Made by a program: the position numbers and the translations under genes. A DNA stretch of 64,000 bases, from positions 2,108,001-2,172,000 of the forward strand of contig CM102290.1 of assembly GCA_046563655.1 (NCBI GenBank), given 5' to 3'. The notes under the pieces are model-generated. The model did no database searches, had not been told where the DNA came from, and was given only the letters and a program-made list of their open reading frames with translations. This document shows positions 1-14,117 of the stretch, piece by piece. This stretch comes from Yuukianura sp. NJ FZ-2021. Taxonomy: Eukaryota. Numbering within the stretch: position 1 is the stretch's first letter; each line of letters begins with the position of its first letter.

Positions 1-1935
1 TGAATTTTTTTGGAGTATTGGCATGTTGGAAAATTTAGAATTTCGCACTTTATCTGTTTTGAGCATTATTAGGTTTAGGATCTATTCAAAGTTTATGAAA
101 TCGATTGAGAAGCGTGTGTAAAAGTTAGGCTAAGTTTGAAACCGAATGTTCACAGAAGGAATGGCGAGAGAGTAATGTTTTGTCTGGTCGTAAAATCGGA
201 GCACTTCCCTTTTGCTTGGTTTCTTGCCGCCATTTGGCATGATGGTCCTTCACTTCCTAAGTGGTGATGAGGTGAGGAAGAAGGGCAAAGGGCAAGAAGG
301 CAATGCTGGATGCTGGATGCTGGATACTGGATGCTTCCAGCATCTCCTCCCAGAATGGAATCCCAAAATGAGTACCAAAAGTCTCTCTCCAGCTTTCGCT
401 TCTAGACTAACCGTTAAGAGTCCGCTGAGCTTTTGAATTTTTTGAGCCGGAAGGAGCAATAGTTTTTCCGATGACGCCTTTAGTCGTTCCCTCTCATCCG
501 TTTTTTCTAGCCCAAGCGGGAGAGGGAGAGAAAAAAAGCGGGAGAAAGGCATTTTGAAAATTATGGGCGATGATCTCTCTCCAACCAACTCCATAACACT
601 GGTAGTAGTTACTCCATTTTTCAAAAATCAAATTTCGGAGCAGCGCTGTAACGGAGGAAAATGAAGCAAGGTGGAGCTCATAGGAGTTTAACCTAGGCTA
701 ACAAAGGTCATAGGTTAAAATTTTTAAAAAAGAAAGTCAATCCGTCACTTGAATTGGAGTTACACGTTTTATGAAAGGTTGAGTGAGCTGCGTCCTTAAA
801 CCTGTTTTTTTTTAAAGGTTTGGCTCTCCGTACGAGCACTGAGAATGAGCTCTACGGTAGTTCGGGCCCAAATGAGAATATTATGGAAATAAACAGTCAA
901 AAATACGGTCGTGGCCAACCGGGAAAAATTTCATGAGTGACAATGAATATTCATGAGGAAGTGAAGGAGAGAAAATTTAAATTCCGAAGGAATAAAATCC
1001 CAGATCGATTTCAAAAAGTCGTCTACACACTTTTCATCTCTTTCTCTCCTTCTCTTCTTGGGTGAAACGTTCCTTCTGTACAAATTTTTACGTTCAAACA
1101 TATTTTAAATATAGTCACATGACCTTCTAGAGTTCAAATTAAAAATGGCAGGAATGTTTGAATTTCTTCTGAAATTTCGGTACAAGACATAACTCTAATT
1201 CGGTTTTATTGACACCCGAGTATCTTAATTGGAAATGACTTAGAATCTTCATATTCTTGACAAGGCTGCTCACTTTTGCTCAGTTTCAGCTCACTTTCAG
1301 TTCAACCCGGAAGCCGCTTTTGTTTGACGGGAGTTTCATTTTAATTTGCTAAGTTTGAATTTCCTGGGAAAAGTCTATTAGCAGGCAGAGTGAGGAAGGC
1401 GCTTTGATTGGAAAGTGAGGCAGCGGTGGTTTTTGGAAAATAATAGACATAAGTTCTTCAGGGGGAGCAAAAGTTACCCCCCCCCCCTTCGGATTTCTCA
1501 TCAGACTCATTAGGCCTGAAGAACACGTTAGACAATTTCCTTCCATTTATCGTTTTATAATGCTCCCAAGAACAAGGTAATGAAGATCATCCATCATCAA
1601 TTTCTCCACGGTTTTCAAGACTTTAGAATTTTCAACAGAGTCGGCGCAAGGTTTCTAATCTTTGGGTGGGAATAAGGCTTAGGTTAGCAGAATTGTTCTG
1701 GATAGTAGAATGGTGTGCTTGAAGCCCATTTCCGCCTAAGCCCTCTTCTCTGATTATTCCACCAACCGATCCACCGATTTATCTCCTGTCCAATGAAACA
1801 CTCCATGCATAACAAAAGGAACCAATGGGGGTGATGAGAACTCACCGACATGAAAGAAAACTCAATCCCACGGATTTGCCCCACCGTGGTGGCTCCGGAA
1901 CATTCCTAATCCAACTATGTTATTGTGTTTTTCAG

Positions 1936-4043
1936 TTATCACGTGACATTGGTTACGTCCTGTACTCAGCCCTCGGAAGTTTCTACATCCCTTCTTGCAT
2001 CATGGTTTTTGTCTACATTCAAATCTTTTTCGCGGCGCGAAAAAGAGCTCGACGCGGAGTTCGAAAGGCTCCTCGCCCAAAACCCAAATCCAAAGCAATC
2101 ATTGAGGAGTCCATCACGCGTGTGAGCGTCTCTGGTGGGTCTTCTCCCAAAGTGCCCCTGTCGGCCCCACCGTACCTGAGCAGTGGCGGTGGTGGGGCCA
2201 TGGACTTGAGTTCCACCCCCTGTCGGAGTGCCACGAGCCCCACCAGGGCCGTAACTTTCCAAGAACCGCTGGTGCGTAAGAGTGAAATTATCGTGAAGCC
2301 GGAAATCACGGTGGAGTCTCCGGAAGATTCTTCGGCGGAGGTGGAGAGAGAGTGCATGAGGCTGGAGGAATGTTCTGTCGAGGCCACACTAAGAACTTGT
2401 AGAACAGGGCTGGACAGTGGGAGTGAAAGTGTTGACATGGGACCTGACATGGCCTCTGGCGACGTCGAGGGGTCTCGTGACAGTTCTTCTGAGGAGGGGG
2501 GCCACCGTGACTCCAGTGTGAAACATAGGCGGGACGAAGGCCTTGAACTGACGGTGAATGACCTTGAGAACAAGATCACAGAGCTCCAGTCGAATGGTTC
2601 TAGTTTAGTTGAGGAGGGAGGCGGAGGGCCGGACAGTCCGAAACGCGGTGCGTCCAAGCGACCAAAACTCCACTTCCTACGCGTAGAGAAACCGACAACG
2701 ATTTGGCGCACGTCGTCCAGCCTGTCTATCAACGGTGATGTGCACATTCTGGGTACTTTGTCCCAGTCCTGTTCACGACTTCAGCTGGACATGGATCCGG
2801 TGAGTGACGTTGAGCCCTCGTCCTCGGATTCGGGGGCAGTTAATAGATGTGCCGTAGTTAAACCTCTAAAATTTCGTCTTTGTCGACCTTTTTTTGGTAA
2901 GAAGTCAAGCTCAACTACTGCAAAGGCCCGCAGAGACGTCCTTGACGTCGGAAAACTTCCATCACCTAAGGTAAATATTCCCATTTTCCTCAAAATTGGC
3001 TACACAAACTTTTAAAACGAATTTTCAACTTTTTAAATTTCAAAATTTTCAAGGAGCCTTATGAAGTACAACCATCTGACTTATGTTTTTTTTAAATTTT
3101 TCAAAATAAAACTTTACTTTACCTGCTTTTCCAAAAAAAAAAAAATCTTCCAAATATCACATTAAAACATGGTATGAGTCACCGTAAAGTTTCCATCAAT
3201 GCTCTGTAAGCGCCAGTTTCAAAAACGCACTTTTGTATACCCAAAGTTCCTTGACAACGAAAACAATTTTTTTAGCAGGTTGAATACCAATCCAAAAAAT
3301 TGGTACCAGTTCGTATGAAAAATTAAAAAAAAAATTAGCCGTATTGTTATGACTACGACGCCCCGAAATGAAAATATACTTTCCTTTGTTTTTTGCAAAA
3401 TATAAAAAGCCTGAGGTATTACCCAACCTGTTAAAGAAAATCAAAAGTCAACAAACCTTGTGTGTACCGGCGTTCACGTTAAAAGTAAAGTGTAAAATTG
3501 TGACTTATGCGGGTTGCATTCATGAACAAACTATTTGAAAGAGCCAAGAGTGGTGCTTATTAGAACATTTACGGTATTTCCAAATTATCCTGCTCATCAG
3601 TAAAGTGGGTGGAAATTGGACAATTATGCAAGAGTAAAAGCCGTTCTAATGCCTTCCTGTTCCTCCACACTTTCTTCCAGGAAATTCGGGATCCCGAGCG
3701 GGAGAAGCGTCGAATTGCTCGTAAGAAGGAGAAGCGGGCAACTTTGATTTTGGGACTCATCATGGGCAGTTTCATCCTCTGCTGGCTTCCCTTCTTCTTC
3801 CTCTACATCTTTGACCCTCTCTGTCCCGATTGCATCGCCCCCTGGGGGTTTGCCATCGCCTTCTGGCTCGGATACATGAACTCAGCACTCAATCGTAAGT
3901 TCCCGCCTTTTTTTTGGACCCACCAAACTCATGTCATGACCACACGCTAATTCATGAATCTCCCGCTCTTTTTTCCAGCCGTCATTTACACCATTTTTAA
4001 TAAGGACTTCCGAAGAGCCTTTCGACGGATTCTATTCAAGTAA
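1936..4043 (+). CDS. Octalpha2R: Biogenic-amine GPCR, alpha2-adrenergic-like octopamine receptor; 5'-partial (TM5 to C-terminus). Exons 1936-2970, 3681-3894, 3979-4043
   Basis: TM5 GYVLYSALGSFYIPSCIMVFVY, a very long ICL3, TM6 KEKRATLILGLIMGSFILCWLPFF and TM7 FWLGYMNSALN|PVIY joined across GT-AG introns in consistent phase. The short tail NKDFRRAFRRILFK* is typical of this insect receptor subfamily. Exons for TM1-4 were not found in the window. Confidence 0.88.
3242..3460 (+). mobile_element. hAT-type MITE, family A (in GPCR intron)
   Basis: Ends CAAAGTTCCTTGACAAC...GTCAACAAACCTTG; flanks tgtatacc/tgtgtacc (7/8 TSD); body shared with 8 other copies. Confidence 0.85.
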
Positions 4044-4371
4044 TAATAACAAGTAAGTTATGACTTCTCTCTCTCTCTACGTTAGGTTAGGTTAGCTTAA
4101 CCTATTGCGACTTCCGTAGTTGTTAGTTGTGTTAAGGATCGTTAAGAGTGACTAATGGAGTGGAGGGCAGTAAAACTGTTTTAGAACATGTTGGACACCA
4201 CCAAAGTGTTAGAACGGTCGACGACGAAGAACTGGGTGACATAACGCAGGTTCCAATACTACAGGTTGTTGGCACTCTGCGTGTGTCCTATAGCAACATT
4301 ATATAATAGTATATGGAGGTTAGGCTTCAGGATGGACAAATTAAGGCACAAAGCGAATTAAGGTTAGGCCA

Positions 4372-4645
4372 ACCCGGGTAAATGTGTGGCAAAACTCATA
4401 CCTAATTTAAAGAAAAATTAAACTTAAAAAATTAATGGTTGTAGAAAACAAAAAACAAAAAACTCCGATACTCATTTTTCAAAAAAGTTTTTTCTAATCT
4501 TGTCTTATGGATGAAACGCATGCGACGTTGGCTCATAAATTTCTGTTTTTACAAAAAAAAAGTTATGGTTGAATGGTTTTCTCACGGACACACAAACACA
4601 CACAAAACCTTTCGTTTTCGTTAGCATTCACATAAAACCTCGGGT
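4372..4645. repeat. Probable non-autonomous element with terminal inverted repeat and CA-rich microsatellite (HINE/Helentron-like or MITE)
   Basis: acccgggtaaatgtg at the left is the imperfect inverse of cacataaaacctcgggt at the right; internal ggacacacaaacacacac. Confidence 0.35.
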
Positions 4646-4708
4646 GACTTTGTCGTCTTTGTGTTAGTGGCCAAACTCTCAATCTGTACCATGTACCTCA
4701 ATCTTGTA

Positions 4709-4867
4709 CCCACACGGTGTAATTGCCACTCTGCTATCAGTATCAACCTTACTTTTCCTCCTGGGGTTACAAAATTAAAAAATCACCATTACCGTGTGGA
4801 TGTAACCACCCACTACATATTTCCAGTAGATACGAAAACACAAAAAGCGGTGGTTACACTCCGTGGG
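4709..4867. mobile_element. Short foldback element flanked by TA
   Basis: TA-CCCACACGGTGTAA...TTACACTCCGTGGG-TA imperfect TIRs; internal tgtaaccacc/ggtggttaca inversion. Confidence 0.45.
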
Positions 4868-5106
4868 TACATTCAATACACGAGTTGTCATTGCCATCCT
4901 GACAGTGGCAGCGCGCCTTGGATTCCCTAGTTTGTAAATAATAAAAGCGATGCGTGTGGAAGTACAAATCTTTTTCGTTTCGTTTTTTTTCTTTTCAAAA
5001 AATGACACGAAATTCCAAAAAATGACAACTAGGCTAGGATTGGGAAACAAACAAAAATTGTCTTATGAGATTCTTTCAAATAAGGCTTTATGACCTTGGT
5101 TCCACC

Positions 5107-5338
5107 CAAGGTTCCTTGACAACGAAAAATTAATTTTCTTTAACAGGTTGAGTTACCTTGCTTGTTGACAAAAAAATGGTACCAATGCCAAAAATTGTTA
5201 CCAATACGTATGCAAAATTTAAAAAAAAAATTGGCTGTATTGTTATGATTACGATGGGCGGAAATAGAAAATTGCAAAATCGAAATAACATGAGGTATTA
5301 GCCAACCTGTTAAAAAAAATCAAAGTCCACAAACCTTT
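5107..5338 (+). mobile_element. hAT-type MITE, family A
   Basis: CAAGGTTCCTTGACAAC...ACAAACCTTT; flanks gttccacc/gctccacc (7/8). Confidence 0.85.
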
Positions 5339-7193
5339 GCTCCACCCGTGGAACAATTTTGAATTTGGAGGAGTTTAGCAAGGAGCAATGAAAGAAAAGT
5401 TATAGTCTTTATGGTGGTTCCGAAAAGCCCAAAAAGTTTGAAGCTAAATGAATGTCAAAAAGTGTCTCTCTTGTTTTGTAACGAGTACATTTTGTTAATT
5501 TTCTATTTCCGAGAAAGTCAGTGTCTACCACAACTTTCTTGAGACTTTAACTAAAAGACTAATTCACGAATTAAAAATTTAAGTTTAAACTTCTTTTTTC
5601 AACTGTAAGTTTTTTTTCTCATTTGCCTTACGCTTTCACCTTATACAAAAATGTTGTCAAACTTTTTAACTTGTTTACATTTCCATTCCTTCTTCCAAAA
5701 AAAAAATCTGGAAAAAAAAGTTGCCTTTTATATAAACAAAAGAAGTTCAACTCAATTCGAGGGCAAACAAAAGCTACGCAGCGAATTGGCATGACCTTCG
5801 ACCTTTCGAAAAAAAAAATTAAAAATTGCGTTTCGTTGCTGAACTTCTTGTACAAGAGCTCACTTTGTGACGTAACCCATTTAAAAATAGCTTTAGAAAT
5901 TAGAACATAAAAAGAGACGATTCTTTTTCATAAATTTCTTTCAAAATTTCGAATGAATTTGGGACCCCTCCCTTTCGATGGTCAAAGTGAATAAACAATA
6001 TTTTTTGCTTTTAGGATCTAACAGGGGAAAATTGGGAGCTTTGTTGGTGGAGAAAACATCATCTTCTTCTTGGAGTTGCGAAGATGACCTTGATGACCTC
6101 TGACCTCTGCCTAAAGAAAGTGCGGGTGACACAGGAGTGTGCTAAGCTATGGATGACATGAAAGTTGAAATGGGGGAAGACTAAGGTCTTTTCAAATTCT
6201 GGAGAAAACTGTGTGCTGCTTTCACCTCTTTATTTATTATTCAATCTCTGCAACATTTGTTCCTATTTGGAACCCATTTCCCTAGGATTCTTTTAAGTCT
6301 ATCTCTTAACACAGGAAACTTCCGCACGGGGACTTTGAAATTTAAAACGACCAATCCTGATTGTTCCCCCCTCAGGGAACCCACCCCTGCCCCTCAATTC
6401 CATGTCCTCTCCTTCCCATTTGCATTCCCTCATGCTCATTCTGGTCCATTTCTCCATGTCACCAAATGTCACTCGAGTACCACTTTCTCCCTTCAGTCGT
6501 AGTACAAGGGACCCACTTTAACTTAAACTTTCCAAACTCACTAACTTTCAACATCAATCTTGTGAGTCGATTCCCTTAGGGCAATCAAAGTGAAACAAGA
6601 TTTGTGCATGTCGTTTTCCACTCCTTCTCAACTTCCCAACTGCCCACAATTGAGAGTAGCAAACGGTTCAAACGACACAAAACAGGCGCCAGGTTGGCGC
6701 GAAAGCTTTGAGTTTTCCCGGAGAACGTCCAACAAAAAATGCGTTTCCCACGAATTTCAAACAGAAAACCCGCTCTAAGTTGGTCAAAAATTCTAAAAGA
6801 GAACGCGAAAATCTAATAAATGAACGCGAGTTCGTAAAATTCGGAGAAAACGCGTGAGTGGTTTTAAAGCATAAATGAAAGATTTCATATAACGTGTTTC
6901 ACAGAAGATCAAATAGGAAGCGCGTCGGAGACTTTTTGGCGGGAAAAGTGAAACAGAAGACGGCGTCCCGAACATGTTCAAATTAAACCTTGTTCCCACT
7001 GGAAGGATAAATTGTTGCTGGAACTCAACTTTAGTCCAAATGAACACAAATTAATTTTTTTTCCCAACTGTGAAACTATGAAAATGTCCATATCTGCGTA
7101 CTGTTGTCGGATTTCACTTGGAAAAAATTTCTACAAAAGAATAATTATTTTTATTTCGTGCGAGGAACTTTCACTTCTTGATTCCCTCGTACA

Positions 7194-7418
7194 CAAGGTT
7201 GCTTGACAACAAAAAGTTAATTTTCTTTAACAGGTTGGGTACTACCTCCCTTGTTGACATAAAAACGAAAAAAACAACAACAAAAAATTACCTAACCAAT
7301 CCGAAAAATTGATACCAATTCGCATCCAAAATTTATTTATTTTTTTGCAAAATACCTAGAAAAAAAACATGAGGTATTACCCAACCTGTTAAAGAAAACC
7401 AAAAGTGAAGAAGCCTTG
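7194..7418 (+). mobile_element. hAT-type MITE, family A
   Basis: CAAGGTT...GCCTTG; flanks ctcgtaca/ctcgcacc (6/8); subterminal TTTAACAGGTTGGGTA/TACCCAACCTGTTAAA. Confidence 0.85.
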
Positions 7419-8485
7419 CTCGCACCCTCACTTTCACTGCTAATCCCAATATGATTATGGTTTAAAATTTCGGTGGGAAGGTTAGCGAAGGTCTTTTGGA
7501 AGAGCGTGATTGCATGGCGCGAAGTCGGAATGGAAGTTAATCGGTATTCTCTGGACGTCATTCATAATGACGGGTTTGTTGGAGCCTGGGATTGAGCTCT
7601 TCGCTTTCATCACCGTCGTTCCCGCCGTTTCTGACGCAAGCCAGCATTTCACTTTGCCCCAAAAACGCTTTCCCGAAATTTATCGAGATGGGGAAGGCGG
7701 GTATTTGGTGGGTTTGTGGAAAAGTGACAAAATTGAATTGGAGTTTGCAAAGGAATTTGGGTTGCTGTCAATCTTGGCAGGAAGAAGGCGCGGTGAAGGG
7801 CCCGCCTTCCAAGAAAAGTGAGTGACATTTGATGAGTTTCTGCATCTGGATTTATTTTGGTGCTTATAACGTTAAGGCTACTTTGCCTAAACCAAAAACC
7901 TAACCTAATCTTTCCTTCCTCTGCTGGTGGATCCTTGACGCAAGTCGGAAGAACGAACGTCAGAAGTTGCCTTATGAAAAGTAGTGACATCTAGCACTGT
8001 AAACTTTAGGCTTTAGGGGACTTAAGGAACTTTGAAGATAGATTAGAAACCATGTCTTCCACACGGAATATTCAATACGAAAAAAAGAACAGCGTCTCTC
8101 ACTAACTTTCTTCCTCCTTGTCTTCTTTCCACTGTCAAAAGGAATTCACATTCCAACACTTCCGCATAAACTACCTTTAAAGGAAGCAAGAACCTCCAGA
8201 GTCTCAGTCTCGTCGTCGAAGTCCCATTCCAGGCACTAATAGCCTTCCCCATGCCACTATTCACACCGCCCCCAAAAACCACCAAGCCCCCCGACCTTCC
8301 AAATTTGTCTGTCAGAACCTCTAGTTTAGCTCCCGGAGAAAGCGAGTTCATGTCAAAGGACAAAATTTTGTAGATTTTTAAGGCCAAAGTTTGCCTCTTG
8401 CGAAAGACAAAAATTTTTTACAAAAATTGCAATTTTTTTGTCAAGAAACAAAAATTTCCTTCAATCTTCTTTCTGTATTACTATA

Positions 8486-8932
8486 CAGTGTGCGCCAGCT
8501 AAACCAGTTCACCCCAAATTGCAAGGTTCCTTGACAACCGAAATACAACAAATTGCATTTCCTACAACAGGTTGTCCCATACCTCAGGGTTTCCGAAAAC
8601 CTTACTTCAAACGAATTTCTGTACTAATCCCATTTACATTACATGCAAAAAATTACCATTGAAAGCCAGATTTTTTTTTCAAACAAATTTTAAAACTTCC
8701 ATTTATTGGACAACCTGGTGTAGAAAAAGTTTTTTTTTGTTTACAAACCTTGCCACACTGTTTAATTTTGCAACTATGGAGGGAAAACCAGTGAAATTAC
8801 ACGATTTGCAAAATATCTATCATAAAAGGTAGCTAAAGTTTTGCATTTTGAGTTACCTTTCCCCCCATGTTTACCTAATTTTCAACTCGTTTTTATGGAA
8901 ACACAGTCGGGTTTACTGTTTACCGCGCACTG
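8486..8932. mobile_element. Tc1/mariner-like MITE hosting a nested hAT MITE
   Basis: TA-CAGTGTGCG...CGCGCACTG-TA termini with further imperfect TIR (TAAACCAGTTCACCC / GGGTTTACTGTTTA). Confidence 0.6.
8522..8752 (+). mobile_element. hAT-type MITE, family B
   Basis: CAAGGTTCCTTGACAACC...TTTACAAACCTTG; flanks ccaaattg/ccacactg (6/8); body matches 33786-34018. Confidence 0.8.
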
Positions 8933-11900
8933 TATAATTTCAATTCTTAGAATTAGGTAATATTTGTCGAGTATCGGAAGAAAAAGTTTATTTGTTGACA
9001 TTGATTGCCACTTGGGAAAAGTATCGAATTAGAGTTAAATCCCGTAACCATGGTAACCTCAAGTGGTGCCCTTAGTTTCCGCAAGTGGATGAAGCCAGTG
9101 GTTACTATGATTTACTCAAGTGTTTGTCTCTAAAAAGTCAAAATACTTCAACGCCTCTGAAGCGTTGAAGTTGAGGATTGTTGCTTCTTCACAAGTTTGG
9201 CTGAAAGCGAAGTTTCTCGCTTTTTCTAAAAGAATTTTTAAATTAAATGGACTCGCGTTCAATTTCAATGTCTCACTTTTGATTGGTCCTGGCTTGGATG
9301 TCTCCTAATTGGCTCTTGGTTAAATTGAAGTAGTTGGCAAAGTACTACTTAAGGTACCTTAACTTTACGTTAGTTTCGTTTACTCAGAGTGCAGCAGCGG
9401 TGTTTTCTGAGAGTGTGGGTGTGGCTGCCGGCAGATTATGGACTACTGTTGACAGTATTTTGGGGGTACTCGTCGAGGTCATGTCTTCTAAGGTCAATAT
9501 GCTAGAGGCGGAGGGTGGGTTGGGTGGTACTGTGGTTCCTGTTGTGGCTTTTTTCTCGGGGGAGGGGTTCTGGGGGAGAAGGACTCAAAGTGGGTTGGTA
9601 GTTCTGGTTGAGCTGTTTGCTTTCTCTGTTGGGCAAATTGTCCAGGAGCAACGTCCAGGAACGGAAGAAAGTGGAGGACACCATGTCAGGACCAGATCGC
9701 CTTCTTTTCCCCCTCCGAATTCCACTTGATACTTACTACTAACTTCTGCTCAATTCAATTCCGCCACTTTAATTTTGTGGAGGATTCTACAGGGAATTCT
9801 GTCACTTCGAGTCCACTTTTCTTCGAACTTGAGTTTTGTTTGGGTTTTTGGATCTTTGAAAACGGAAAAACCGTGGAGAAGTGATACGAAAAAAAAGTTG
9901 AAGTGAAAGTGGCTCTTTCTCCCTAAGAATTCATTTCAACTTTGCATACGACAACAAACTGAAAAACTTTTTCTTCGGATTCCCGGTTCTCTTTCAAATC
10001 TTTTTTTTCAAAAATAATTCAAAAAGTCTCAAAGTCATTTAAAATAGATGGGAAAAAGAAAGTACTGTTTCAAAAAGCAAGAAATATCGCCGAAAGATTT
10101 CAATTAAAAAAAATTTTTTTTGTATCATATTTCAAATAGAAAAGACAAAAGTAAATTGCCGCGTTCTAGTGATGAAATTTTGGGAAATTTGAATTTGCCG
10201 CTATTTTTGTGGCGGGAAATAGTTGGGGAAATGAGAGGTTTTTAGTTGCTTGGGAACCAGGAAAAGAATTCGGGTCAACTCGACAGGCACGTCCAGTCCG
10301 CCTTTTCTTTTGTAAAGGAATTAAAAATGACAGGAATGAAAATGAGGCCAGAGCTGTGTTGTTGGCATGAAAATGTTTTTTTTTCTGTTGGAGGAAGGCA
10401 GGAGCGAACTCACGTCTCTTCTCAATTGTGTCAACAGTGAAACCAAAAGGCTGCTGCCTAGTGGAACCGAAATGGTCACTTTTGGTTGTTCTCCGTTGCA
10501 ACAAGCAGGCTGACGTCAGTGATCCCCATGCTGATGCTACAAGTTTTTTTTACAACTTTATTTTCAGCCTTTTCCGTCTTTGTGTGTGTCAAAACAAGGA
10601 GAGTTTGGGATTTTTGTTGACATTTCTTTAGAAAATGTCGCAGTTGACCTCCCAGCCACGCGCCAAAGTTTAAATGAGCTTCGATTGACGCAAAACTTCC
10701 TCTTTGAGCGCTCCATTGTGGCAGGGACGCTAAATGTATTCATCCGCACAACTTCAAAATATTTCACTAGTTCCAAACACACACCAAAAACATGGCGGCA
10801 TAAATTGAAAGTGAAAGGAAAAGTGATGAGGATTTTTTGACATGAAAACAGTTTGAACAAGCAGAAACAAAAACATGTCGCTTTTTTTTAGAACAAGTGC
10901 TTCTCTATTATCCTGTCATGCCGCAAAAACATCCCACTGTTGGCCAACATCCAAAAAATCAAAAACTAATTTTCTTTTTCTTTTAAAAAAGTATTTTTGG
11001 ATATTCATTTTTCGAAGAAAGTTAAGAGGAAGTGTCGTTCTCAACTTAATCAGCGTAAAATCCTGGAGTACCGCCACATTTTAAAATTAACGAATCTCTC
11101 AACACATTTTTTGTTCTCGGCAAAATTGTCGTACAGCATTTTGTTGTTTATGAAAAATGTTGTTTTCTTGATGTTGATCGGATTTGGAGGGAAGAAAATG
11201 TAAAACTTTTTAGAGAAATGATTGGATTCAAAATTGTAGAAAATGGGTTTAGAATCTGTTGTGTTCAGAACATGTACTTTCCCTGTTCCTATCTTTTGAG
11301 TGCAGGTTGTGACGTCTAACATAACCAAATAAAAGTTATTCACAAAATTCAGTTTTGTGTTTTCCTGTTTTAGTTAGTAAACTGACCAACAACAAATTCT
11401 GGAAAGAGAGAACAATTAACCAGCATAGCTGGAGTAGGCGGATAAGCAGAGATGGGCAGACGAGGCTCTTTCGCCTCGTTGGGCATCTCTTGGATTATAA
11501 TCGGCTCATGGCGCTTTCCAGGCTTCAGCGATTCAGCCCTCATTAAAATCTCATTCCAGGGACAGTAAATCCTCTCGAATCAGGCTCTTCATCTGTTTAG
11601 TCAATTCCACTTTCCATACACTTTGTACAGTCCCTGCACGCTGAACACTTACACACATTTTCTAATTCTTTTCCATCGGCCGAAACTGGTCAAAAGTCCT
11701 TTTAGCCAAATCAGCCGGCTTAAATCTTCAAAAATTGCTTTTGTGTATTTCAGCCATATGAGCCAACCAAAACCAGTAAAGCTAAATCATCCGGCTGAAC
11801 TAATATGAAATACTTTTGGCCCTTGTTTGTGTTTAAATTTCAACTAAGCCGGCCAAAACTATTACGAAATGTTACTTTTGCATGTTAGCAGTAAACGCAA

Positions 11901-11947
11901 TTCGCTTGTTGAAACTAGTAAAAATCACATGTTGCTCAAGAGGCCGA

Positions 11948-11960
11948 AGGTCATTGACCT
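11948..11960. promoter_or_regulatory. Perfect IR1 nuclear-receptor element (ecdysone response element consensus)
   Basis: AGGTCA-T-TGACCT, extending to AAGGTCAtTGACCTT; function not demonstrated. Confidence 0.5.
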
Positions 11961-14117
11961 TGAACTCGACCTCACCATGACATTGTTTAACAATAGAATG
12001 AGGGCGTGGCAAAGGTTCTGACAGACTGAAAAAAATTGTTAAGTACCCTGAATCCCTTATTTCCTAATAACCCCCGCGACCAGAGAACGAGACTTCTGGG
12101 CACGACTGTATTTTTCTGAGACGACTTTCACTTCTTCTTTAGCTGGAGTGACTGAGAGTATAGTTAGTTTGTACTATCTCCAATTTTTACAAAAGTTTAA
12201 ATGTTCTTCAAATTGAAATAGTATTTAGTGTTTCTTTTTCAATGGTTTTCAAACAAAGGTGTCTAAAAATGAAAACCCTCCTATGCATGGTTGCTAGTAA
12301 CAAGGGCGTTGTAACAAAGCCACTTCGAAATTGAACTGTGACATGACCTGGGTGCTGGGAAGGTCAAAGGTCACCAAGGGCCCCGGAGACTTTTTGACCT
12401 TTCCCAACAATCGGAGTACTAAACCCTTAAAACAATCTATTTAAATGCCCGTCTTTGTGTCTCGGAGGCGGAAATCCTTCTTGACGACGACCACTGAACG
12501 TTTTCTTTACAAGAAAACGATTTTCAACGTTTCAAAAACTGTTCCAAACGTTTTCAAAACAAAACGTTCAACTTGTTTTTGGAATTGTGGAGCGTGATTG
12601 TAAAAATGTATTTAAATCTCTTTGCTCTACTTACTATAATAATAAAAAACTCTTTAAAACTTTAAATTTAAAAACTTTTAAATTATTGTTAATCCAAAAA
12701 CTCAACACCAAAATTTGAATAGACAATTAATTAATTTAATTATTATTACCTTAGTTATTACTTTAAAATAACCCTTCCTTGATCTCAAAAGAAGAATGAA
12801 AGATGACTTAGAAAATGAGATCAAAAAGAAATTTTGTCTGAAATCCAAAAACTCATTCCTTGTGGAATAAAAACTCAAAAATATCTTTTAAAAAATCACC
12901 AGTTGAACTTCTTTTTTGTCGTTGTGGGTAACTTGTCTTTGTCTGCACCAAGGTCACGTGAGGTCATTCGTCTTCCAAACAGATTGTGCGCTTCAGGCTT
13001 CTTCCTTTGGCTTGATGCCGAAGATCATCAGAGCATGAGAATAGGAACGGTGTGACGTTAAAGCGTCACCATAAAATCACAAGTGAACCACCATCACGTC
13101 ACTTTTTAAAAAAAAAATTAAAAAAAGCTCGCACAAATCCGTAGAAAAATGTTCAAAGTATATGGCTGTACTTTGGAAATGTTTTTTTTTCTTTTTGAAA
13201 AAAAAAATTGAAGGCTTTTTTTTTGTTCAAAATTAAATTTGACTCGCAGGTTGTTGTGCACCTTAGTTGAAACGTAGTGGTACTCAACTTGTCATCAATT
13301 ATGCATTGTTAGAGGTGATAAAGGAACGGCAGGAGAAGTTTCCGGGCGGGAAAAGTAAAACTTTCACCGCCGCTGTCATTCTCTTCTCCTAACTTACAGC
13401 AAAAGGAAGCAGGAACGTTAGGAGGTTAAGCAAAGAAAATGGAATTGAGTGCCCCACCGGCGGTGGTCTTTCGTCCCACCAACACTCCCAACAACTCACC
13501 TTGTCTCGTTCTCTATTTACGCCTTCACCGTTAAATGACTTTATTTCCCCAGAGACACATCTTCTCGAATCTGAGAACATTTAAGGTCGCACTTTCTCTT
13601 ACAGATCATACACACCGTTATCTCCCTTTCCTTGCCAACAAAATTTGCAAAAAATATTGAGGTTAGGGAAGATCAGTTCAATTTTCAAAAGGAATTGTCT
13701 GGAGACAAAACTAGGTCATGGGAGAAACCAGGAGGTCACGGATGTGCTCTCGTGTTGATAGGGTCAAGATCTATGATGGAAGATAAGGTGCCATTTTGTG
13801 TCATGGTTGAGCCCTTAGAGTTACTGGTCTTATGCTCTGCACGATCCTTCGTCCAGGAAATTGAGAGAGGGCTACACTATAAGGGCTCTCGAACCCCTTA
13901 TTTATGAGCACTCATGTAATGCAGATAAATGGGCAGTAGGCGAAAAATTTATGAGTCGATGAGGATATGCTTGAGACTTCGGACGACGACGAACGGCGTC
14001 AACACCTTCCACAACGACGGCACAAAAGCGGTGGTCATTATTCAAATGGACCATTTCCTATGTATTTGAAAGAAAAGGCGGGATTCAGAGCGATGCTGGA
14101 AAAAACAGTAATTATTT

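Noticed and set aside
304..334. (TGCTGGA)n 7-mer repeat inside short ORFs
   Set aside because: Simple minisatellite; the ORFs show no GPCR TM1-4 features.
2019..2747. 242-aa minus-strand ORF
   Set aside because: Antisense shadow of the GC-rich GPCR ICL3 exon.
4081..4095. TTAGG telomere-type repeats (also near 41503 and as CCTAA elsewhere)
   Set aside because: Only 2-3 units; too short to call an interstitial telomere.
11628..12108. Possible TA-CAGTC...GACTG-TA element with AGCCGG subrepeats
   Set aside because: The terminal match is only about 5-8 bp and there is no second copy in the window; unsupported.
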